A stretch of 63,966 bases of DNA, the filler included, from Acidimicrobiia bacterium (lineage in GTDB: Bacteria; Actinomycetota; Acidimicrobiia; Spongiisociales; CAZKJJ01), in NCBI GenBank assembly GCA_046759765.1. It is 5 parts of 5 records of this genome, joined end to end, with 100 filler letters (N's around TTAATTAATTAA, not from the genome) between each part and the next. Parts side by side here need not be neighbours in the genome. Positions count along the whole stretch, not along the records: positions 1 to 15,483 come from JBHICV010000049.1; 4 more parts are not named here. One strand, written 5' to 3'. Below the pieces are notes generated by a model. That model was not told where the DNA came from. It did no database searches and saw nothing but the letters and a program-made list of their open reading frames with translations. Positions 1 to 9,778 of the stretch are shown one piece after another. The position numbers and the translations under genes were made by a program. How positions within the stretch are numbered: position 1 is the first letter of the stretch; the number at the start of each line of letters is the position of its first letter.

Positions 1-604
1 CGGGATTGTTCTTGGTGCGCCGACTGAGAACCTGGATCAGACGTCGGATCTCGTCGTCCCGCCCGATAACCGGATCGAGTTTCTCTTGGCGGGCCAGAGT
101 GGTGATGTCACGGCCGTACTGCTCGAGAGCATCGAAAGTCGCCTCCGGATCAGGCGTAGTAACACGTTGACTGCCTCGTATCTCCGTTAGGGCAGCCAGA
201 ATGGCTTGCCGCGTCGCTCCGAGCCCGCGGAGCGCCTCCCCGGCGTCGGCGGCACTATCCACGAAGGCCAGAAGCAGGTGCTCTACGGACAGGTAATCGT
301 CCTTGAACTCCTCGCGGATCTGATCGGCGGCTTCGAGGATGGAAAGGCTTTCGGGGCCAAGAGCGAGCTCCGACCCGCCGTAGACCTTCGGTAGCTGCGC
401 GAGGTTGCTTTCGAGCGCGTTACGGAGCGCGGTCGGTTGAATCTCGAGCTTGGTAAGCAGCGGGTAGACCAATCCGTCTGTATGGCCCAGAAGAGCCAGC
501 AGCAGGTGGTCGGGCTCAACGGTCTGGTGGCCGCCGGACTGAGCCAGCGCAAGGGCGCCCTCCATGGCCTGACGGGACCTATGGGTCAATCGGTTGAAGT
601 CCAA
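1..604 (-). CDS. clpB: ATP-dependent chaperone ClpB, N-terminal part (runs off window)
   Basis: Manual translation: TTG start at 604 after [25 protein letters not shown]...; [27 protein letters not shown] at the window edge; near dnaK operon. Confidence 0.93.
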   Translation of the reverse strand, partial: MDFNRLTHRSRQAMEGALALAQSGGHQTVEPDHLLLALLGHTDGLVYPLLTKLEIQPTALRNALESNLAQLPKVYGGSELALGPESLSILEAADQIREEFKDDYLSVEHLLLAFVDSAADAGEALRGLGATRQAILAALTEIRGSQRVTTPDPEATFDALEQYGRDITTLARQEKLDPVIGRDDEIRRLIQVLSRRTKNNP

Positions 605-626
605 TTCAGCTCCTCCGAGCAGATAA

Positions 627-652
627 AACGCATGCTCTGACCAGGTAATTCC
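627..652 (-). promoter_or_regulatory. SigH/SigR-type ECF promoter of clpB
   Basis: Minus strand GGAAT-N18-GTT upstream of the clpB RBS. Confidence 0.65.
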
Positions 653-659
653 CTAGAAA

Positions 660-680
660 TCTAAGTCAGATGATATCAAA
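660..680. promoter_or_regulatory. HAIR-like HspR operator upstream of clpB
   Basis: TCTAAGT-N7-TATCAAA, degenerate match to CTTGAGT-N7-ACTCAAG. Confidence 0.5.
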
Positions 681-700
681 TCTTGCTTCCGCCGCTGCTC

Positions 701-1084
701 TTACAGCATCTTCCCAAGACGCCGGTTGATGGCGTTCAGGGTGGCCCGAGCCGCCGCCTTGGCCGAGTCCTCCTCCCGCAGGACCGCGCTGCCGACGAAT
801 GACTCCCGCGAACCCGAGATGACCACTTGTGCAATGGCCACCCTCACCGATCCGAGGTCGGTGGTGGCGATGGCTTCGACGTCGAAGCGATGTCTCCCTC
901 CAAGAATCTTTTCGACTGCGCGGAGAGTCGCCTCCGCCACGAGGCGAGGCCTGTTCTCATCCCCCACCTCGCCCTGTGCTTTTCCCTCGTATGGGACGTC
1001 CTGGTAACCAACCGTGACGACTACACCCGTCCGGTCCGCTCCCTCCGTACGGATGTCGATGGTGGCTAGGTGTGGCCGCTCCAC
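701..1084 (-). CDS. Conserved hypothetical protein (127 aa)
   Basis: Globular-looking ORF ending ARATLNAINRRL; fills the gap between clpB and the next gene. Confidence 0.7.
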   Translation of the reverse strand: MERPHLATIDIRTEGADRTGVVVTVGYQDVPYEGKAQGEVGDENRPRLVAEATLRAVEKILGGRHRFDVEAIATTDLGSVRVAIAQVVISGSRESFVGSAVLREEDSAKAAARATLNAINRRLGKML

Positions 1085-1204
1085 ACCGGTCGAGAATAGT
1101 GGGCAGGGCCCCAGACCTGTCTGACGTACCGCAGGCTCAGATCAGGGTGCTGGCACGGAAGGCTCAGGTAAGGCGGACGTCGATCCGATCACCTTTCGGT
1201 AGCC

Positions 1205-3349
1205 GTGACCCAACTTCAACGCCGACTGATGACCCCGCGCCGTGGCCTGCTGGCGGCCAGCGTGCTTGCCCTCTTTTCGGAGCTGCTCCTCATTCGGTGG
1301 ATTCCCAGCGCAATTCATGTGGTGGCGTTCTTCACCAACCTGGTTCTCATCGCCAGCTTCCTCGGCCTCGGCATTGGCATGGCCCGGCGGATCGAAGCGG
1401 AGAAGGCGGCCTGGCGCGGTCTTTGGCGTCTGGCGATTGCATCCGGGGTGGTGGCGGCTCTGGGCTTGATCAGACCGACGGTCGACCTGGGGGCGAGTCC
1501 CGACTACTACCTCAACGAACTGGCCGCCGGCGTCCGAGTTCCGTCGGCCCTGATTCTGATCGGTGTATTCGGGCTGGTCGTCTGGGCGATGATCCCCTTC
1601 GGCCAGCTGGTCGCGGCCTATTTCGACCAGATTCCTCGGATCCCGGCTTACTCGATCAACATCGCGGGAAGCCTTCTCGGCGTGGCCGGATTCGCGGCGG
1701 TGTCTGCGCTGGGGTTGCCGCCGTCGGTCTGGTTCGGGGTCACGATTGCACTGCTTCTGCTCTACGGAGTTGGTGCCCGTTACCTCGCCCCCGTGGTGCT
1801 GATAGTCGTCGCCCTAGCGGCCCTCTATTACGACGCCTCCAACGGGCTCCGGAACCTCGTCGGCTGGTCACCCTATTACAAGGTCGTCGCCAGCCCGGTG
1901 GTCTCCGAGACAGGGGATCTGCGGGAGGGGTTCGTAGTCGACGTCAACAACCAGTTCCTGCTATCTGGTCTGGATCTGAGGCCGGAGGCGCGGCTCCCGA
2001 GCAGCGTCCCCGCGGCGGTCATCGACTCTTACGATTCACTGAAGTCCTACTACTCGCTTCCCTTCGCCTTCGGAACTCCCGAGAGAGTTCTCGTGCTCGG
2101 CTCCGGAGCCGGTAATGACGTGGCGGCGGCGCTGCGCGCAGGTACCGAGCACGTCACGGCAGTCGATATCGACCCCTTGGTGATCGATCTCGGGAAGGAT
2201 TACCACCCGGAAGCGCCCTACGACGCGCCGCAGGTCACGATTGTCGTTGACGATGGCCGCTCGTTCCTGCGCGAGTCATCGGAGGAATTCGACCTCGTCT
2301 TGTTCGCCACCCTCGACTCCCACGGCCTGCTGTCGGGGGCTTCCAACATACGAATGGAGAGCTTCGTTTACACGGAGGAGAGCATCCAGGCGGCCCGAGA
2401 CCGAGTGGCGCCGGGAGGGCGCCTCGTTCTTCTGTTCGGTGCATTTAGGGAGGATGTCCAGTACCGGCAGTACGCGACTGTGCGCAGAGTGTTCTCCCAG
2501 GACCCGGTCTTTCTGGTGCATAGCAGCGGTCAGAGAGCAATCCTGGCGGGTTCGCTAGCCGGCGTCGATACGGCCAACATTCCGCCGGACTGGCGAGTGA
2601 TCGGACCAGACGAGATAGCCGCCAAGCTGATCGAATATCCCTATGCCGGGAATCCGGCGACGGACGACTGGCCGTACCTGTATCTGCGTGAGCCGCGCAT
2701 CCCCCGCGAGTACATATGGACCCTGATCGGGATCTTGGCCCTTTCGCTTGTCCTGGTTCGAGCCAACTTCCGGCAGGCGTACCGGATTGACGGCCACTTC
2801 TTCTTCCTCGGGGCCGGATTCCTCCTGCTGGAAACCAAGAGCGTCACCGAATACGGCCTGCTGATCGGGTCGACATGGCAGACGAACGCCATGGTGTTCT
2901 CAGTGATTCTCGGCGTGATCCTCGTGGCGAATCTGCTGGTCTTGAAGGTGCTTCCTCGTCCGCCTTTCCGACTTCTGTACGGACTGATCGCACTAACGCT
3001 GGTGGTCCAATACCTCTGGCCCGTCGCCAGTTGGGTGACGGGTCCCGGCTCGCTTGGATACGCAGCAGCCACCCTTTATCTGGGAGCCCCGATATTCCTG
3101 GCGGCGATCGTCTTTGCCGGGTCATTCCGCGTTGCGCTGCTCGGCACGGCGGCGTTGGCAAGCAATCTTCTCGGTGCGGTCCTGGGAGGCACCGCCGAGT
3201 ACCTGTCGCTTGCCTGGGGCATCAGGTCGTTGACGCTTCTGGCTCTGGCTATGTACGGCGCGTCGTATGTCTTCTGGGAGGTGAGGCGCCGGCTACGCCC
3301 AACCGAGGAACCGGCGACATTGGTCGAACCCGAGGTTGTTGTCGGCTAG
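1205..3349 (+). CDS. Multi-pass membrane protein with central spermidine-synthase-like SAM methyltransferase domain
   Basis: N- and C-terminal TM blocks; VLVLGSGAGND, VTAVDID, VDDGRSFL and PATDDWPYLY motifs. Confidence 0.8.
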   Translation: MTQLQRRLMTPRRGLLAASVLALFSELLLIRWIPSAIHVVAFFTNLVLIASFLGLGIGMARRIEAEKAAWRGLWRLAIASGVVAALGLIRPTVDLGASPDYYLNELAAGVRVPSALILIGVFGLVVWAMIPFGQLVAAYFDQIPRIPAYSINIAGSLLGVAGFAAVSALGLPPSVWFGVTIALLLLYGVGARYLAPVVLIVVALAALYYDASNGLRNLVGWSPYYKVVASPVVSETGDLREGFVVDVNNQFLLSGLDLRPEARLPSSVPAAVIDSYDSLKSYYSLPFAFGTPERVLVLGSGAGNDVAAALRAGTEHVTAVDIDPLVIDLGKDYHPEAPYDAPQVTIVVDDGRSFLRESSEEFDLVLFATLDSHGLLSGASNIRMESFVYTEESIQAARDRVAPGGRLVLLFGAFREDVQYRQYATVRRVFSQDPVFLVHSSGQRAILAGSLAGVDTANIPPDWRVIGPDEIAAKLIEYPYAGNPATDDWPYLYLREPRIPREYIWTLIGILALSLVLVRANFRQAYRIDGHFFFLGAGFLLLETKSVTEYGLLIGSTWQTNAMVFSVILGVILVANLLVLKVLPRPPFRLLYGLIALTLVVQYLWPVASWVTGPGSLGYAAATLYLGAPIFLAAIVFAGSFRVALLGTAALASNLLGAVLGGTAEYLSLAWGIRSLTLLALAMYGASYVFWEVRRRLRPTEEPATLVEPEVVVG

Positions 3350-3352
3350 CTG

Positions 3353-3769
3353 TCAGCCGCGTCGTCGTCCCCGTCGGATGTCCGGCACGATGTGGCGGCG
3401 AACCATGATTTCGCGGCGCTGGCTGCGTTCGAGCTCGCGGAGTTCCTGGGCCGCCTGCTCCTTGAGCTCGGTCATTTGGCGGCTGAGTGACTGAACTTGG
3501 TCCTCGAGCCTGGCGATCCGGTCCCGAAGGCTGAGAACTCGGCGCACGCCCTCCAGGTTGAGACCTTGGGTCGTGAGATCCGTAATTAGAGCGAGCCGTT
3601 CGATATCCGCCTCGGAGTATCGGCGTGTTCCCCCTGGCGTCCGATAGGGGCTGATCAGCCTGCGCCGCTCGTAGATCCGCAGCGTTTGGGGATGAAGGCC
3701 GGAGAGCTGCGCGGCGACCGAGATCACGTAGACCGGTTCCTGAGCGGTCTCTGTCCGCTTCTTGGCCAT
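3353..3769 (-). CDS. hspR: MerR-family heat-shock repressor HspR
   Basis: PVYVISVAAQLSGLHPQTLRIYER...GGTRRYS; last gene of the dnaK-grpE-dnaJ operon. Confidence 0.93.
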   Translation of the reverse strand: MAKKRTETAQEPVYVISVAAQLSGLHPQTLRIYERRRLISPYRTPGGTRRYSEADIERLALITDLTTQGLNLEGVRRVLSLRDRIARLEDQVQSLSRQMTELKEQAAQELRELERSQRREIMVRRHIVPDIRRGRRRG

Positions 3770-4896
3770 CAGCTCACCCTCAGATGATCACGCGGGTTTT
3801 CTTTTTCGTACTCAGACCGGAAGTCGGCCAGGATCTTGCGTGCTTCTTTGGGAAGCTTGGCGGGCACCACAACTTCAACGGTCACCAGCAGGCTCCCACC
3901 TCGACCCCGGTTAGGCACGCCTTTCCCTCTTACCCGGAACGTCTTGCCGCTGCGTGTCCCCGCGGGAACCTTCACGTTGACGGGCCCGTCGAGGGTCGGT
4001 ACTTCGATCGTGGCGCCCAGCGCGGCCTCGGTAAAGGTGATGGGTACTTTGATGGTCAGGTCGTTGCCGCGTCGTGAGAACACCGGGTGTTTGGCGACCC
4101 GTACTCGGACGAGCAGGTCACCGGCGGGTCCTCCATTGCGTCCCGGGGTTCCCTTGCCAGGTACACGAACCGTGGCCCCGTTCTTTACCCCGGCCGGAAT
4201 CTTCACCTTGACGTTCCGCGTGCGCACCTCGGTGCCCCTGCCGCCGCACACTGAACAGGGTTGGTCGATCAGTCGGCCTGATCCGCTGCACTCCGGGCAA
4301 GGCTGGGTGAAAGAGAAGAAACCCTGATTCTGGGCGATCGTTCCGGCCCCACCGCAGGTTGGACACACCCTCACCGAGGTACCGGGCTCGCCTCCGGTGC
4401 CGCGGCAGTGGTGACAAGTGGTGTCTCCTCGAACGGACACCGTCGTTGTGACGCCGCGAACGGCATCCTCGAACGAGAGGTTCAGGTCCGTCCTGAGGTC
4501 AGCGCCACGCTGCGGGCCGGTCGCCGAACGTCGGCCTCCGCCGAAGAGGTCACCCAGTCCTCCCATCCCCCCGAGAAGGTCGCCCAGGTCCTCGACGCGA
4601 ACCTGCTGACCGCCGAACGGACCCCCTGCGAACCCTCCCGGTCCTCCTTGAAATGCCCCCGAGTCGACCATGCGCCGGAACTCGTCGTACTCCTTGCGCT
4701 TCTCTGCGTCGGAGAGGGTGGCGTACGCCTCCGAGATATCTTTGAACTTCTCTTCCGCGTCCTTGTCGTCCGGGTTCGTGTCCGGATGGTTCTCCTGGGC
4801 CAACTTTCGGTAAGCCTTCTTGATCTCCTTGTCGTCGGCGCCCTTGGGCACCCCAAGGGTCTTGTAGAAGTCCTTGTCAATCCAGTCTCGGTTCAT
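3769..4896 (-). CDS. dnaJ: Chaperone DnaJ
   Basis: J-domain HPD motif, G/F-rich region, four CxxCxGxG repeats. Confidence 0.96.
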   Translation of the reverse strand: MNRDWIDKDFYKTLGVPKGADDKEIKKAYRKLAQENHPDTNPDDKDAEEKFKDISEAYATLSDAEKRKEYDEFRRMVDSGAFQGGPGGFAGGPFGGQQVRVEDLGDLLGGMGGLGDLFGGGRRSATGPQRGADLRTDLNLSFEDAVRGVTTTVSVRGDTTCHHCRGTGGEPGTSVRVCPTCGGAGTIAQNQGFFSFTQPCPECSGSGRLIDQPCSVCGGRGTEVRTRNVKVKIPAGVKNGATVRVPGKGTPGRNGGPAGDLLVRVRVAKHPVFSRRGNDLTIKVPITFTEAALGATIEVPTLDGPVNVKVPAGTRSGKTFRVRGKGVPNRGRGGSLLVTVEVVVPAKLPKEARKILADFRSEYEKENPRDHLRVS

Positions 4897-5504
4897 TCCG
4901 AGTCCTCTTCGAAGTCGACCCCCGCTTCCTCGAAGTCGACCGCGACCAGCGCAGCCCTGATGATCCGGTCCTTGAGCCGGTACCCACGCCGTAGCTCGGC
5001 CCGAACGATGAGCTGACCTTCGCCCTCTGAGGGGGCGGTGGCGGCCTCGTGAACGGTCGGGTCGAACGGCTCGCCGACGGTGGGGACGATCTCGAGCCCT
5101 TCCTTGCCGAGGGTCTCGAGTCGATGAGCGTGAGTCCTACCGAAGCCCTGCAACATCTGTTCTTCCACGGCTGTCTTCGGGACTATCGCCAGTGCTGCGT
5201 CGAAGGTATCGAGCGTGGGAAGCAAGCTCTGAATGAGGTGCTCCGAGGCCCGCTCGATGTTGGCGGCGTGATCTCGAAGCATCCTCTTGCGGAAGTTCTC
5301 GGAGTCGGCGGCGAAACGCTTCAGGTCGTCGAGGTACGCAGACGCCTCGGCCCGAGCCTCGGACAGAGCTTGGAGGAGGATCTCGATAGCCTCGTCCGGA
5401 TCATCTGGCAGCTCTAGTCCCAGAGCGTGAGGATCGACAGGCTCCGCATCGACAATCTCGGCGACAACGACCTCGTCAGCCGACTGGTCCGGGTTGTCGG
5501 TCAT
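4893..5504 (-). CDS. grpE: Nucleotide exchange factor GrpE
   Basis: [32 protein letters not shown]; between dnaK and dnaJ. Confidence 0.93.
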   Translation of the reverse strand: MTDNPDQSADEVVVAEIVDAEPVDPHALGLELPDDPDEAIEILLQALSEARAEASAYLDDLKRFAADSENFRKRMLRDHAANIERASEHLIQSLLPTLDTFDAALAIVPKTAVEEQMLQGFGRTHAHRLETLGKEGLEIVPTVGEPFDPTVHEAATAPSEGEGQLIVRAELRRGYRLKDRIIRAALVAVDFEEAGVDFEEDSE

Positions 5505-5507
5505 CTG

Positions 5508-5538
5508 AGTGATAGCTGATAGCTGACGGCTGACAGCT
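5508..5538. repeat. Degenerate 7-bp tandem repeat (GCTGAYN)
   Basis: AGTGATA-GCTGATA-GCTGACG-GCTGACA-GCT in the dnaK-grpE spacer. Confidence 0.7.
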
Positions 5539-5540
5539 TC

Positions 5541-7358
5541 TTACTCATCGCCCTCGTCCACGATCTCAGCCTCGACTATCTCGTCGTCTTCGACCGGTTC
5601 GCCTTCGACCACGGCGCCACCCTCAGGCTGGGCGTAGAGCTTCTCGGCGACGGCCTGCGAGGCCTCCATCAAGGCTTCCATCTTCGACCGTAGATCTTCC
5701 GTGGTGGAGTCTTCGTCCTCAACGGCTTTGGCCAGCTCGTCACGCGCACCCTGGATGCGGGACTGCTCGTCCTCCGTGAGCTTGTCTTCATGCTCCTTGA
5801 GCAACTTGTCGGTCTGGTGGACGATCTGATCCGCCTGGTTGCGGGTCTCGGCGGCCTCACGACGCTCGCGGTCCTCATCGGCATGCCGCTCAGCATCGGA
5901 GACCATCCGGTCGATCTCATCCTGAGCCAGAGCGGTGCCTCCAGTGATCGTCATCGCCTGCTCCTTGCCGGTCCCCATGTCCTTGGCGGAGACAGAAACG
6001 ATCCCGTTGGCGTCGATGTCGAACGTCACCTCGATCTGGGGCATGCCCATCGGTGCTGGGGGAATACCCGTCAGACGGAAGCGTCCCAGGCTCTTGTTAT
6101 CGCCAGCCATCGCTCGCTCGCCCTGGAGCACGTGGATCTCCACTTCCGGCTGGTTGTCCTCCGCGGTGGTGAAGATCTCGCCGCGCCGAGTCGGAATGGT
6201 CGTGTTCCGCTCGATCATCTTCGTCATAACGCTGCCCTTGGTCTCCACTCCCAGCGTGAGAGGCGTCACGTCGAGCAGGAGGATGTCCTTCATCTCGCCA
6301 ACGAGGACGCCTGCCTGCAGTGCCGCTCCGGCCGCGACCACCTCATCGGGGTTGACTCCCTTGTGGGCCTCCTTGCCGGTTAGTTCCTTGACCAGTTCCT
6401 GGACGGCGGGCATCCGAGTGGAGCCGCCCACCAGGATGACGTGGTCGATGTCGGCCACGTCGACAGCGGCATCCTTGAGCACCTGCTTGAAGGGGTTCTT
6501 CGTCCTCTCGAGGAGGTCTTCGGTCATCTTCTGAAAGTCCGACCGAGTGAGTTTCTTGAGCAGGTGCTGTGGCCCTTCAGAGGTAGCGGTGATGAACGGC
6601 AAGTTGATCTCAGTTTCTGCCACCGTCGAAAGCTCGATCTTGGCCTTCTCAGCTGCCTCCTTGAGGCGCTGCTCGGCCATCGGATCCTGTGAGAGGTCAA
6701 CGCCGGTGTCGTTCTTGAACTCTTTGACCAGCCATTCGATGACCTTGTCGTCCCAGTCGTCGCCACCCAGTTGCGTGTTGCCAGACGTGGCCTTGACCTC
6801 GAAGACGCCTTCTCCGATCTCGAGCAGGGAGACGTCGAAAGTGCCGCCACCGAGGTCGAACACGAGGATGGTCTGGTCGTGCTCCTTGTCGAGTCCATAC
6901 GCGAGCGAAGCCGCGGTCGGCTCGTTGATGATCCGTAGCACCTCCAGGCCGGCGATCTGGCCGGCCTCTTTGGTGGCCTGACGCTGAGCGTCGTTGAAAT
7001 AGGCCGGGACGGTGATGACGGCCTGGGTCACCGGCGTGCCCAGATATGACTCAGCGTCGCGCTTCAGCTTCTGAAGAATTCGCGCCGAGATCTCCTGTCC
7101 CGTGTACGTCTTGCCCTCGATGTCCACCGACCATTCCGTACCCATCTGCCGCTTTACGGACCGAACCGTGCGATCCGGATTCGTGATCGCCTGGCGCTTG
7201 GCGTGCTCACCCACCAGCACCTCGTCGCCCTTGAAAGCCACCACCGACGGGGTCGTGCGGCTCCCCTCAGAGTTAGCGATGACGGTGGGCTCCCCACCCT
7301 CGAGCACGGCCACCACCGAGTTGGTCGTGCCCAGGTCAATACCTACTGCCTTGGCCAT
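5541..7358 (-). CDS. dnaK: Chaperone DnaK (Hsp70)
   Basis: [21 protein letters not shown] and LVGGSTRMP signatures. Confidence 0.98.
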   Translation of the reverse strand: MAKAVGIDLGTTNSVVAVLEGGEPTVIANSEGSRTTPSVVAFKGDEVLVGEHAKRQAITNPDRTVRSVKRQMGTEWSVDIEGKTYTGQEISARILQKLKRDAESYLGTPVTQAVITVPAYFNDAQRQATKEAGQIAGLEVLRIINEPTAASLAYGLDKEHDQTILVFDLGGGTFDVSLLEIGEGVFEVKATSGNTQLGGDDWDDKVIEWLVKEFKNDTGVDLSQDPMAEQRLKEAAEKAKIELSTVAETEINLPFITATSEGPQHLLKKLTRSDFQKMTEDLLERTKNPFKQVLKDAAVDVADIDHVILVGGSTRMPAVQELVKELTGKEAHKGVNPDEVVAAGAALQAGVLVGEMKDILLLDVTPLTLGVETKGSVMTKMIERNTTIPTRRGEIFTTAEDNQPEVEIHVLQGERAMAGDNKSLGRFRLTGIPPAPMGMPQIEVTFDIDANGIVSVSAKDMGTGKEQAMTITGGTALAQDEIDRMVSDAERHADEDRERREAAETRNQADQIVHQTDKLLKEHEDKLTEDEQSRIQGARDELAKAVEDEDSTTEDLRSKMEALMEASQAVAEKLYAQPEGGAVVEGEPVEDDEIVEAEIVDEGDE

Positions 7359-7389
7359 TACCTCTCCATTTAGCGCTTCCGAGGAGTAT

Positions 7390-7416
7390 AACTTGAGTCG
7401 GGTATTGTCAAATTCC
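7390..7416 (-). promoter_or_regulatory. dnaK promoter: SigH-type elements overlapping a HAIR operator
   Basis: CTTGAGT-N7-TGTCAAA at 7392-7412; minus strand GGAAT-N19-GTT spanning it. Confidence 0.7.
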
Positions 7417-7521
7417 CGATTTGTCAGGTTTCGCGCTTGAGCTGGAGGATGGGTGGTGGGAGTGCAGCAGTGGCGTCAAGTACCGACGCGACCTTGTGCC
7501 GCCGCCCAGAGAATCTTGGGG

Positions 7522-7578
7522 ACGCGTTCTTGTCAATCTCAGCCGCGAAAAGCACGGCCCAGATTGACAGAAACGCGT
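7522..7578. repeat. REP-like palindromic element
   Basis: 18-bp inverted arms ACGCGTTCTTGTCAATCT / AGATTGACAGAAACGCGT (2 mismatches), 21-nt loop. Confidence 0.65.
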
Positions 7579-7782
7579 TCAGACGCTCTCGGTCTGCTTC
7601 TCCTTGAGGCGCCGGATCCGGTCGGCGATGTCGGCGGCCGCTTCCTCGAGATCTCGCTGAAGCTCCTCGAGGCCCTCTAAGTCTTCCTCGCCGTAGTCGT
7701 ATCCCCGCCATCGGCCCGGTCCGCACATCATCCACATCATGTGCGGAGAGGGACCCCAGCCGTATCTGACTCGTCTTCTCAC
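7579..7782 (-). CDS. Small protein (67 aa), Gly/aromatic N-half and coiled-coil C-half
   Basis: AAAGGAG RBS; GTG start overlaps the padR stop (GTGA); heptad pattern LEELQRDLEEAAADIADRIRRLKE. Confidence 0.75.
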   Translation of the reverse strand: MRRRVRYGWGPSPHMMWMMCGPGRWRGYDYGEEDLEGLEELQRDLEEAAADIADRIRRLKEKQTESV

Positions 7783-8186
7783 GCCGTGCTCCTTTCGTCA
7801 TATCTGTGCAGGAAAATTCCGATCACCTCCACGGCCCGCCGGAGGGCCTCCGCCCAGGCTTCGAGAAGATCGCGTCCCTTGTCGGTCAGCTCATATGTCC
7901 GCTTGGACCGACCGGGTAGATCATCCCGCCACTCCGAACGCACGATCTCCTCGTACTCGAGCGACCGCAAGAGCCGGTAGAGGTTGCCGTAGTCGATCTG
8001 GTCCTCGGGGGAGAACTCGGCCAGTGAGTCGGCCAGCTCGTAGCCGTGGGTCGGACCTTCTCGCATGAGCATGAGCAGCAGGGCCGGCTCCACGAAGCGC
8101 TCGACTCTCGCCTGGACTTCCCAGACTCCGGGCGCGATCCAGCGGCGGCTGCGTGCCACCCGGAAGTGCCGATGACCGTGAGGCAT
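7779..8186 (-). CDS. PadR-family transcriptional regulator
   Basis: PALLLML..GPTHGYEL, GNLYRLLRSLE, YELTDKG winged-helix pattern. Confidence 0.9.
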   Translation of the reverse strand: MPHGHRHFRVARSRRWIAPGVWEVQARVERFVEPALLLMLMREGPTHGYELADSLAEFSPEDQIDYGNLYRLLRSLEYEEIVRSEWRDDLPGRSKRTYELTDKGRDLLEAWAEALRRAVEVIGIFLHRYDERSTA

Positions 8187-8229
8187 GTAAGCAACATATA
8201 TGTCGCTTACCTATATGTCAACCACATAT
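8185..8229. promoter_or_regulatory. Triple 15-bp palindromic operator at the padR start
   Basis: ATGT-N5-ACAT-AT, ATGT-N5-ACCT-AT, ATGT-N5-ACAT-AT at 8185, 8200, 8215. Confidence 0.65.
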
Positions 8230-8231
8230 AT

Positions 8232-9716
8232 CTAGTTTGGGGTGAAGGCGCCGATCACCGGAGCAAACTCGCCCAGGGTGTCGACCTCGCCCACGTCCGG
8301 GAAGTTGACGATGGCCGTCCGTATCCCGGCTTCGGAAAGCGCACGGAACCGTCCGATGTGGTCCTCCACCGTCCCTGCGTTGAGAGTCGGCGTCGCCTTC
8401 TCGGCTGCCCTTCCGGGTTGCTTCAGCCTCGCGACCTTGCGATCGACCGCCTCCCGGTCCGCTGCCACCACCGCCCGGGACAGGTGTGTTATCTCGATCT
8501 CCGCTGCGTCGCGGCCGACGTCGGCGCAGTGTTTCTCTAGTACGGCCAGCTTGTGCTTCACCGCGTCGGGCCCGCCCCGAAGGTTGCAGCCGTCGGCGTA
8601 TTGCGCGACGAGACGAAGGGTCTTTCGCTCGCCCGACCCTCCGACCACGATCGGAACCTTCTCTTGTAGTGGCCGCGGGTAGCACACCGCCTCGGGTACA
8701 GATATGACCTTGCCCTCGAAGCTCGGTGATCCCGGTCCCCACATGAGCGGCAGCAGCTGCAGCGCGTCCTCGAGGAGATCGAACCGCTCCCCGACAGGAG
8801 GGAAGTCCCAGCCGTAGGCCCGGTGCTCCCGCTCGAACCAGCCCGCCCCTAGTCCGCAGACCGCCCGGCCGCCCGACAACACATCCAGGGTGGCGACCAT
8901 CTTGCCGACGAGCGCCGGGTTGCGATACGTGATGCCGGTCACCAGCACTCCCACTCGAGCGGCGTGGGTCTGACCGGACAGAAACCCTGACGTTGTGTAA
9001 CTCTCCAACATCTCGTCCCACTCCCGCCCAGCCTGGGGTATTTGGATGAAGTGGTCCATGACCCAGATGCCGCGGAAGCCAGCCTGCTCGGCTGCCCGAG
9101 CGATTTCAGCGAGGCGCGGGCCGAGCTCCGCGGGCCCGCCCGGCCAGGTGAAGTTGGGCAAGAGGAGATCGAAACGCAGGTCAACGGGATCGTCGGCTTG
9201 TCGTCTTGCTAGCTCCGGGGCGTTTAGCTGGTCAGGGGGCACGAGAAGGGCGGGCTCAGGCGTAAGGACGTCCGCAAAGGCTTCTTGCTCCAAGAGCTTC
9301 CTCGTCTTCTGCCAAGCTTTGATCTGAGCTGTCAGCACCCTCTGCGGGATGGGACGCTCCCGCGCGCGATTGCGGGTCTCGAGTTCCTTTCGCGGTACAT
9401 CGAATGCCACCGAGTAACAGGGGAGCCCGCTGGCCCTAGCGAGCTCCCGGTACTTCTCCCGCGAGTCAACGTCGAGGCCGGTCGTGTCGATGACCGTCGT
9501 CAGCTGGCGGCGAAGGCGACGCTCGACGATCGAGTCGAGTACTGCGAAAGCGTCCTCGGAGGCCCGCTGGTCATCCTCGCTCTCCCCTACCTGAGCCCGG
9601 AGCGCGTCCGAGGACACGATCTGGCCTGCTTCGAAGTTCGCCCGTGCCCAACTTGTCTTGCCTGCGTTAGCCGGTCCTACCAGGACCACCACGCTCGGAA
9701 TGGGAAGGCGAATCAT
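8232..9716 (-). CDS. Fusion of AAA_33-type P-loop kinase and F420-dependent LLM oxidoreductase
   Basis: N-term GPANAGKT, VSSDALR, TTVIDTT; C-term WVMDHF, YRNPALVGKMVATLDVLSGGR. Confidence 0.85.
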   Translation of the reverse strand: MIRLPIPSVVVLVGPANAGKTSWARANFEAGQIVSSDALRAQVGESEDDQRASEDAFAVLDSIVERRLRRQLTTVIDTTGLDVDSREKYRELARASGLPCYSVAFDVPRKELETRNRARERPIPQRVLTAQIKAWQKTRKLLEQEAFADVLTPEPALLVPPDQLNAPELARRQADDPVDLRFDLLLPNFTWPGGPAELGPRLAEIARAAEQAGFRGIWVMDHFIQIPQAGREWDEMLESYTTSGFLSGQTHAARVGVLVTGITYRNPALVGKMVATLDVLSGGRAVCGLGAGWFEREHRAYGWDFPPVGERFDLLEDALQLLPLMWGPGSPSFEGKVISVPEAVCYPRPLQEKVPIVVGGSGERKTLRLVAQYADGCNLRGGPDAVKHKLAVLEKHCADVGRDAAEIEITHLSRAVVAADREAVDRKVARLKQPGRAAEKATPTLNAGTVEDHIGRFRALSEAGIRTAIVNFPDVGEVDTLGEFAPVIGAFTPN

Positions 9717-9731
9717 GAACCCACAACGATA

Positions 9732-9753
9732 GAGCCGGCCCGAAGGCCGGCTC
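9732..9753 (-). terminator. Hairpin downstream of hsp20
   Basis: GAGCCGGCC-CGAA-GGCCGGCTC perfect 9-bp stem; UUCG loop on the minus strand. Confidence 0.6.
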
Positions 9754-9778
9754 CTGTGGCTCGTTGTCTTGGCCGGGG

